A DNA stretch of 4,225 nt from a virus (Duplodnaviria > Heunggongvirae > Uroviricota > Caudoviricetes), in the IMG/VR virus record IMGVR_UViG_2698536581_000011, one strand, 5' to 3'. The translations under genes and the position numbers were made by a program. Position 1 is the first letter of the stretch, and each line of letters opens with the position of its first letter. Below are positions 1 through 4,225 of this stretch, one piece after another. The notes under the pieces are model-generated. The model did not search any database. It was not told where the DNA came from and was given only the letters and a program-made list of their open reading frames with translations.

Positions 1-147
1 CAGTTCATCCAGAATGGCATCCACTTCAGCATCAAGACGCGCCTCAAGATTCTGGCGGAGTTGCTGTTTCAGTGCGCTTCTGACTTCTTCAGAGCGCAGG
101 ACGTCCTTCACTGCTTCAGCAGTGACCAGAGATTTTATTTCTGACAT
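1..147 (-). CDS. Hypothetical protein, N-terminal 49 codons only (gene continues past the window start)
   Basis: ATG at 147..145 on minus, frame open to the window edge. Translation MSEIKSLVTAEAVKDVLRSEEVRSALKQQLRQNLEARLDAEVDAILDEL is charged and helical with no hydrophobic segment. Weak SD (GAGAAA about 10 nt upstream). Lies 37 nt downstream of the 60-aa gene on the same strand. No family recognised; it does not resemble a lambdoid R endolysin N-terminus. Confidence 0.45.
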   Translation of the reverse strand, partial: MSEIKSLVTAEAVKDVLRSEEVRSALKQQLRQNLEARLDAEVDAILDEL

Positions 148-184
148 GGGATTTTCTCGTTGAAAGGTGTTGTTAAGAAAGTTG

Positions 185-367
185 CTACGAAATGAGAGGC
201 TCTTCGGGTTTTGTTCCGGCTGACTGGCTGGCGCTGATTTTTTCCGCCGCCGCGGCATCAATCTTTTTGCGTATATAGTTCCGGATAACCTTATACCCGC
301 CACTTACCAGATATAACGTGCACACCACCGTGCAGAAATACAATAAAATAAGCTGTACAAATCTCAT
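185..367 (-). CDS. Small single-pass membrane protein (60 aa), function unknown; holin-like topology possible
   Basis: ORF from the track. Strong SD GGGAGGG ending about 4 nt before the ATG at 367. Residues 5-24 are hydrophobic (QLILLYFCTVVCTLYLVSGG), followed by a basic stretch (RNYIRKK) and a hydrophilic Ala/Ser/Glu tail. Not recognisable as lambda S or S21 holin. Confidence 0.55.
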   Translation of the reverse strand: MRFVQLILLYFCTVVCTLYLVSGGYKVIRNYIRKKIDAAAAEKISASQSAGTKPEEPLIS

Positions 368-461
368 TATCCCTCCCGGTTATTGATATGGTGTTGACAT
401 CGTTAATACCTGTTGGTTAAAAAAGTGTCCTGCATGTTTTGCTTTGGATATAACGACATTT

Positions 462-509
462 GCCGCCGGTTCTGGCTCCTTGTTTTCCCTGCCCCGGCGG
501 CCTTTTTTT
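462..509 (+). terminator. Terminator-like structure on the plus strand: GC-rich inverted repeat followed by T7
   Basis: GCCGCCGG (462..469) and CCGGCGGC (494..501) form 8-bp complementary arms, followed by TTTTTTT (503..509). The 24-nt spacer is long for an intrinsic terminator, so stability is uncertain. On the minus strand the same element is preceded by an A-run, so it is not a minus-strand terminator. Confidence 0.3.
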
Positions 510-514
510 CCTGC

Positions 515-2452
515 TTACGGGTTATTCACTTCCACTGTTATACTTTCAATCAGCACCGGATATGTCGCACCGCTAGTGATATCGGTCACGCGCAATTTGT
601 CTGCCGTAAACGTGCCGACCGGTGACTGTGACAGCATGAACGGCGTCCCGTCCTTACCATCAATGACCGGCGTCACCTCAATACTGTTGTTACCGGCAAA
701 ACGGAAGCCCAGCGTATGCCATTCGTTATCAAATGCGCCGAATGACCCCAGCTTCGTGTTCTGACCAGCATTTCCCTTGTGGTACATCACATTAAGGTCT
801 GTGGCATCGCTCTGTACGTAAAACGACGCCAGCAGGTTATGACCGGCATTACCTTCCAGTGTGACGCCCTGAGGCAGTGAAGAAACCGGCCAGTACAGCG
901 CCAGTGCGTACTGATTAGCTGTCAGTGTGCCATCAACTTTAAAACGACAACTGATAAGCCCGCCCTTCTCCAGCAGGTCTGCGCCATTACCGGCATCATG
1001 CTGCATAAACCACGAGGAACTTCCTGTCTGTTTGGTCCACCTCAGCGCCTTACCTCCTGCAGCACCTGCATCATCAACTACCAATGCACGCCCTCCTTCA
1101 GCTCCCCATCCCTGCGGATTCAGTAAACCACCTGACTCTGTTGCACGGTAATAAAGCAGCGTTGTCACTGATTTCCCGTCCGTTGACGGTGTTGATGGTG
1201 TGTCCGGTGACGGCTTCTCATCCGGCGGCATCACAACCTGTTCCCCACCCACCAGTTCAGCCGTCCGTCCTGCATGGAGAAGAATCGCTGAGGCAAGACG
1301 GTCAGAAATAATCCCCCTGCGTGCCCATGAGCTGAAATGGCTCGCACGGTCTGCTGACGTCCAGTTTGCCGACGTCCGGGAGGCCGCACCGTAATATCCT
1401 GATGCCGGAATATCCGGGTCTTCTTCCGGTTTGTTCGTCGGGACATTTGCTCCGTTCTCATCGGTCATGAACGGCACAAAGTGAATATTCTTTTCCGTTT
1501 TGTTTTTGTAACTGCCGTACACCGTCTGGTAAGTGGATTCGCTCTTCTGCTTCCAGAAATAAGTTGTGTCTCCACATATCCAGGGAACACCGTCAGCAGA
1601 ACCACCAGCGCACTGTCCCACCATATCTGCAAGGTCCGTACGATATTGTTCCACTACTTCTGTAAAACGGGCTGTGTGATTTGCTGGCGTTCCGTCAAAG
1701 TCAAATTCCCCCTGCATCCACACCACGGCAAGCAGCACATTTTTCGGGTTCTTTGCCAGCGCGGCTTTTGTACGACCGATGAGATCCTTATACAGCGGCC
1801 TGCCCACACCCCAGCGGGTAGAACTCTCTGAGGCACCGGTCACGTCACTGTATGTTCCATCTGCCCCGGTGGTGAAAGCTGAACCACCACGGCAGCACGG
1901 AACCAGAAGAATACCCGCATTCGCCGGTATAAACGGCAGCAGCTTTTTGGCAATATGCAGCCCCTGCCCCACGGTTCCGTACTGACCTTTCGACAGGTCA
2001 GCTTTCGGATGGTTAAGACGGCTCATGTCCTGTACATCATGCAGACAGTGGTCTGCCGGAATAATGTCGTTATATTTACAGGGAGCGCCATCCGGCGTCA
2101 CTGTGCTGCGACGAGCCAGTTGCTTTATACGCGGGTCAGGACGGTCATATGTCTGCGGCAGAGGAAGCCCCTCACCGTAAGCCATGCCGTTCGACTGCCC
2201 GGCCAGTGGAATAACGTAGTAATAATCTGGCTCCGTAGTGACCACTCCCGGATAGCCACCATCCCCCGTGCCGGGCACAACCACTGGCGTGGTCACATCC
2301 CCCTCCGCGGCAATCGCCTGCATCAGGGTATAAGGGGTTATGGCCACCGGACTACCAAACGGCTGCCAGCCCTCTTTCAGTTTGTGTGTCAGCTTTTCCG
2401 CAAGATCTGACGGCGACGCCGCCCTGACAACATCATAATGTTTAATCGACAT
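515..2452 (-). CDS. nanS-p: Prophage-encoded sialate (9-O-acetyl-N-acetylneuraminate) O-acetylesterase NanS-p; DUF1737-type N-terminus + SGNH/SASA esterase domain + C-terminal beta-rich domain
   Basis: 645-aa ORF with SD GGGAGA 7 nt upstream of the ATG at 2452. N-terminal segment MSIKHYDVVRAASPSDLAEKL... is typical of the DUF1737-type start of NanS-p proteins. Esterase block carries the catalytic-serine motif GQSN (YVIPLAGQSNGMAYGEG). A Pro/Ser/Thr linker (PSPDTPSTPSTDGKS) precedes a ~220-aa C-terminal domain. Length and architecture match the NanS-p esterases that sit directly downstream of stxAB in Stx phages and in related stx-negative EHEC prophages. Confidence 0.92.
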   Translation of the reverse strand: MSIKHYDVVRAASPSDLAEKLTHKLKEGWQPFGSPVAITPYTLMQAIAAEGDVTTPVVVPGTGDGGYPGVVTTEPDYYYVIPLAGQSNGMAYGEGLPLPQTYDRPDPRIKQLARRSTVTPDGAPCKYNDIIPADHCLHDVQDMSRLNHPKADLSKGQYGTVGQGLHIAKKLLPFIPANAGILLVPCCRGGSAFTTGADGTYSDVTGASESSTRWGVGRPLYKDLIGRTKAALAKNPKNVLLAVVWMQGEFDFDGTPANHTARFTEVVEQYRTDLADMVGQCAGGSADGVPWICGDTTYFWKQKSESTYQTVYGSYKNKTEKNIHFVPFMTDENGANVPTNKPEEDPDIPASGYYGAASRTSANWTSADRASHFSSWARRGIISDRLASAILLHAGRTAELVGGEQVVMPPDEKPSPDTPSTPSTDGKSVTTLLYYRATESGGLLNPQGWGAEGGRALVVDDAGAAGGKALRWTKQTGSSSWFMQHDAGNGADLLEKGGLISCRFKVDGTLTANQYALALYWPVSSLPQGVTLEGNAGHNLLASFYVQSDATDLNVMYHKGNAGQNTKLGSFGAFDNEWHTLGFRFAGNNSIEVTPVIDGKDGTPFMLSQSPVGTFTADKLRVTDITSGATYPVLIESITVEVNNP

Positions 2453-2538
2453 CGAATTTCTCCCGTGTACAGGAACAGAGTTAAAAAGCCGGAACCGGAA
2501 TCAAATCACAGGATGACCATCTGCCAGTGGCTGGTCGT

Positions 2539-2567
2539 AAAAAAAAGGCCGCGCCATGCGCAGCCGG
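2539..2567 (-). terminator. Strong Rho-independent terminator on the minus strand, 87 nt upstream of nanS-p
   Basis: Minus-strand RNA reads CCGGCUGCGCAUGGCGCGGCC followed by UUUUUUUU. The stem is 7-8 bp and GC-rich (GGCUGCGC / GCGCGGCC with one G.U pair) with a 3-5 nt loop, followed immediately by an 8-U tract (plus-strand A-run 2539..2546). Confidence 0.7.
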
Positions 2568-2795
2568 AAATAAAGGGATAACGATGATAGTTTGAGAAAA
2601 ACAGAAATAACACTTTTGTGGCAAAGCATGGTGCCGGGTGCCTCCCGGTGAATTCAGTACCAGCACCTGAATCCGCGATTATCCCATATACCTGGTTGCT
2701 GATTGCCCCTCCGCACAGGGGGATTCACCATGCAGTAGTATTTTTAATAAACAGTAAACAAAAAAATCAAGCATTATGCAGGCTGTTTCTTTTTA

Positions 2796-2933
2796 TCACC
2801 GGCCACAGCAATACCACAATGCCGCAGACCAGCCCCCATCCGCCAGCACCGACATGATTCTGCTGGTGAAATCCACCATCACCACCAGAAACAGCAGGAG
2901 TGCAGCCACAGCCAGGCGCAGTTTTACCGTCAC
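2796..2933 (-). CDS. Small hydrophobic protein (45 aa, GTG start), translationally coupled to the upstream TerB-like frame
   Basis: GTG at 2933..2931 overlaps the TGA stop of the TerB-like frame in a GTGA arrangement. SD GGAGA lies 7 nt upstream. Translation (M)TVKLRLAVAALLLFLVVMVDFTSRIMSVLADGGWSAALWYCCGR has one clear transmembrane segment. Below the 60-aa cut-off of the ORF track. No family recognised. Confidence 0.35.
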   Translation of the reverse strand: MTVKLRLAVAALLLFLVVMVDFTSRIMSVLADGGWSAALWYCCGR

Positions 2934-3322
2934 AGGTGATTCTCCAGACGAAGCCCCAGAACACCGGCAATCTCTTCCAGCACCTTGCGCTCTTCCGGCT
3001 CAATTTCGCCGTCTGCCTCCGCAATGGCCACCGCCACATCCAGCACATCTTCCGCTTCACGCGTATCGCGTTTCACATCCTCGATCTCACGTAACGCCGC
3101 ACGACGACCAATTTTAAAGTTCGTATCCAGCTGACCGATAATGGTTGCGCTAATCGCATTAATTTCTGACGTAAACGCGGACAGCGCTGGCTGATTACGC
3201 AGTACCTGTTCGATCTTCGCTTTCTAGGAAGCCTCACATTCACCATTTGCACAGGCCACCAGGTATGCGGCGTTAATCACCGCCTGTGCCAGATCGCGTT
3301 TCTCAAACTTTCCTTTTTCCGG
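2930..3322 (-). pseudogene. TerB-like (tellurite-resistance TerB / DjlA-N-type) domain gene remnant: 5'-truncated, no start codon, one in-frame amber
   Basis: The minus-strand frame reads ...PEKGKFEKRDLAQAVINAAYLVACANGECEAS*KAKIEQVLRNQPALSAFTSEINAISATIIGQLDTNFKIGRRAALREIEDVKRDTREAEDVLDVAVAIAEADGEIEPEERKVLEEIAGVLGLRLENHL, ending at TGA 2932..2930. It contains two A-x-[AD/N]-G-E repeats typical of TerB-fold domains. The frame is closed by TAA directly upstream of codon P (3325..3323) with no ATG/GTG start, and TAG at 3226..3224 interrupts it. No other minus frame upstream encodes a TerB-like N-terminus. Confidence 0.5.
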
Positions 3323-3425
3323 TTAACGTGACACACCAATAACTCTTGTCGAAAAAGCCAGCAAGCTGAAAGACCGGTATTCACAACCACCAGCGCGTTT
3401 ACTGTACTGGCGTGATTTCAGTCAT

Positions 3426-3450
3426 AAAAAAACCCGCCTGGCGACGGGTG
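3426..3450 (-). terminator. Weak terminator candidate downstream of pR' (possible tR')
   Basis: Minus-strand RNA reads ACCCGUCGCCAGGCGGGU followed by UUUUUUU (plus-strand A-run 3426..3432). The stem is only about 5 bp (ACCCG/CGGGU) with an 8-nt loop. It lies about 40-65 nt downstream of the predicted pR' start. Confidence 0.35.
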
Positions 3451-3481
3451 TAAAAAATCTTCTAACGTCAGGCATAAAACG

Positions 3482-3524
3482 CCCATCGTTAGGGAAAATT
3501 TACCACAGATTCGGGAAAAATCAA
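3482..3524 (-). promoter_or_regulatory. Late promoter pR' with lambda-like core and promoter-proximal pause element (Q engagement site)
   Basis: On minus: -35 TTGATT (3524..3519), 16-nt spacer, extended -10 TGgTAAATT (-10 at 3502..3497), then 6 nt, then AACGATGGG (3490..3482). As I recall lambda pR' (TTGACT-N17-TAAATT-TGACTC-AACGATGGG), the -10 hexamer and the initial transcribed AACGATGGG are the same. The element sits immediately 3' of the Q stop codon (3532..3530), as in lambda. Confidence 0.6.
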
Positions 3525-3529
3525 CAAAG

Positions 3530-4225
3530 CTATCTGGTCACCTTTTTCAGTTGTTGTTCTGCCCATGCTTCTTCAATATCAAACTGCACCACCAGCGTAT
3601 CGTAAAAACGTTTAACTGTTTTTTTCCATGTATCAAGAGATATGGCATCGGTTACATTACATATGGCATTAAATGCCTCCGTTGAAGGTAATCTTTCATA
3701 GCCACGACCACCACAACGCTGGCAGTCTCTGATAACAGGCATACCACGTTTTACCGACTCTTCACGATGAATGGCAACACCGCGCCCACGACAATCTTTA
3801 CAGGCGGTGGAAACCTCCCCCTTCCCTCCACACTCCGGACAGGCAACTTTTACCACCTCCCTGACTTTTTTCCATTCCTCCCAGTAAGACGGATACACGC
3901 CTTTTGTGCACTTTGCCCACACTGGCGGCTTACCATCCGGATACTGGATCTTGTTTGTAAAAACCTCGCTTTCAATAAATTTTTTTCCGTGACAACAGGG
4001 GCACTGTTTTTTGCTCGCCGCGCTACGGGCATAATCTTCAAACGCATACGAAGCCATAATACGCATCACTGCCGGTTTTATTTCTGCCGGGAGTTTTCTT
4101 AACGCCGCCACGCGATCACACCGACTGAGTGCATATTCTGTCAGCAATTCTGTTGCCCGCTCTCTGTCATTCATACTAATGCCCATTTTCCCAAGGAATG
4201 AACCGCCCCGGAAATCCTGGAGACT
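3530..4225 (-). CDS. Q: Late-gene antitermination protein Q (lambda Q family); ORF track gives 218 aa from ATG 4186, but the frame is open to the window edge so the true start may lie beyond 4225
   Basis: C-terminal half aligns with lambda Q as I recall it (ours ...WKKTVKRFYDTLVVQ...KKVTR versus lambda ...WSRTVKPLYDALVVQ...NAVTR; ours IMASYAFEDYARSAAS versus lambda VLATFAYADYCRSAAT). CxxCxGxG zinc-binding motifs are present. In-window start candidates are ATG 4186 and ATG 4174. The 13 in-frame codons upstream (SLQDFRGGSFLGK) have no stop and resemble lambda Q residues preceding SQNDKQ (FCGKHELSQND versus FLGKMGISMND), which suggests an N-terminal extension outside the window. Confidence 0.86.
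   Translation of the reverse strand, partial: SLQDFRGGSFLGKMGISMNDRERATELLTEYALSRCDRVAALRKLPAEIKPAVMRIMASYAFEDYARSAASKKQCPCCHGKKFIESEVFTNKIQYPDGKPPVWAKCTKGVYPSYWEEWKKVREVVKVACPECGGKGEVSTACKDCRGRGVAIHREESVKRGMPVIRDCQRCGGRGYERLPSTEAFNAICNVTDAISLDTWKKTVKRFYDTLVVQFDIEEAWAEQQLKKVTR

Noticed and set aside
1231-1836. Minus-strand ORFs 1231..1461 and 1654..1836
   Set aside because: Out-of-frame ORFs embedded in nanS-p with Arg-rich translations; alternative-frame artefacts.
413-2410. Plus-strand ORFs from the track (413..625, 444..764, 927..1151, 1084..1311, 1200..1394, 1481..1831, 1779..1985, 1955..2410)
   Set aside because: All lie antisense to the confidently assigned 645-aa nanS-p gene, have low-complexity Pro/Arg/Ser-rich translations typical of shadow frames, and lack convincing ribosome-binding sites.
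2481-2666. Minus-strand 61-aa ORF 2481..2666
   Set aside because: It reads straight through the strong intrinsic terminator at 2539..2567 and overlaps the nanS-p ribosome-binding site; no SD; composition not protein-like.
2704-2719. Short hairpins CCCCT..AGGGG (around 2704..2719) and CCGGG..CCCGG (around 2634..2648) in the region between the 45-aa ORF and the terminator
   Set aside because: Neither is followed by a U-tract on either strand, and they are too short to call as regulatory structures without folding or conservation data.
2618-3117. ORFs 2618..2857 (+), 2776..3117 (+), 2900..3094 (+) and 2767..3060 (-)
   Set aside because: They overlap the TerB-like frame and the 45-aa ORF in other frames or strands. 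The TerB-like frame has recognisable domain motifs and the others do not, so they are likely shadow ORFs.
3240-3425. Search for the tRNA genes (ileZ/argN/argO-type) that follow tR' in Stx phages
   Set aside because: No T-arm (GGTTCGAATCC-like) or acceptor/CCA-compatible structure seen on either strand; the interval looks non-coding. Not verifiable without tRNAscan.
2453-3529. stxA/stxB toxin genes between Q and nanS-p
   Set aside because: No ORF of suitable size or sequence on the minus strand; the only protein-like frame is the TerB-like remnant.
3767-4102. ORFs 3767..4102 (+) and 3850..4047 (-) inside the Q gene
   Set aside because: Embedded in or antisense to the Q coding sequence, which has clear family similarity; no independent support.
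4176-4225. Possible 3' end of an upstream minus-strand gene overlapping the Q start (TAG at 4178..4176)
   Set aside because: All three minus frames are open across this 40-nt stretch, so an ORF end cannot be distinguished from an N-terminal extension of Q. The Q-extension reading has weak similarity support and the other does not.
1-4225. CRISPR arrays, IS elements or transposases, integrase or att sites
   Set aside because: No direct-repeat/spacer periodicity, no terminal inverted repeats flanking a transposase-like ORF, and no integrase-like ORF were seen in the window.

Overview
This window is the late-regulatory and moron region of a lambdoid (Stx-phage-type) enterobacterial prophage, with every credible gene on the minus strand. 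Reading 5'->3' on minus: a lambda-family Q antiterminator (3530 to at least 4186; its N-terminus may lie beyond the window), a lambda-like late promoter pR' with the core TAAATT-N6-AACGATGGG (3482..3524), a weak terminator candidate (3426..3450), then a ~1 kb slot that holds no stx genes and no tRNAs but a decayed TerB-like gene (5'-truncated, with an in-frame amber) coupled to a 45-aa hydrophobic ORF (2796..3322), a strong intrinsic terminator (2539..2567), an intact 645-aa prophage sialate O-acetylesterase NanS-p (515..2452), a 60-aa single-pass membrane protein (185..367), and the first 49 codons of an unrecognised gene (1..147). I found no rRNA, tRNA, CRISPR array or transposase. I do not see a clear-cut novel multi-gene system. 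The most unusual points are a four-motif zinc module in Q, the decayed TerB-like moron in the position normally occupied by stxAB, and non-canonical small genes where a holin/endolysin cassette would be expected. All family assignments come from reading the translations and from recalled reference sequences; no database search was run.
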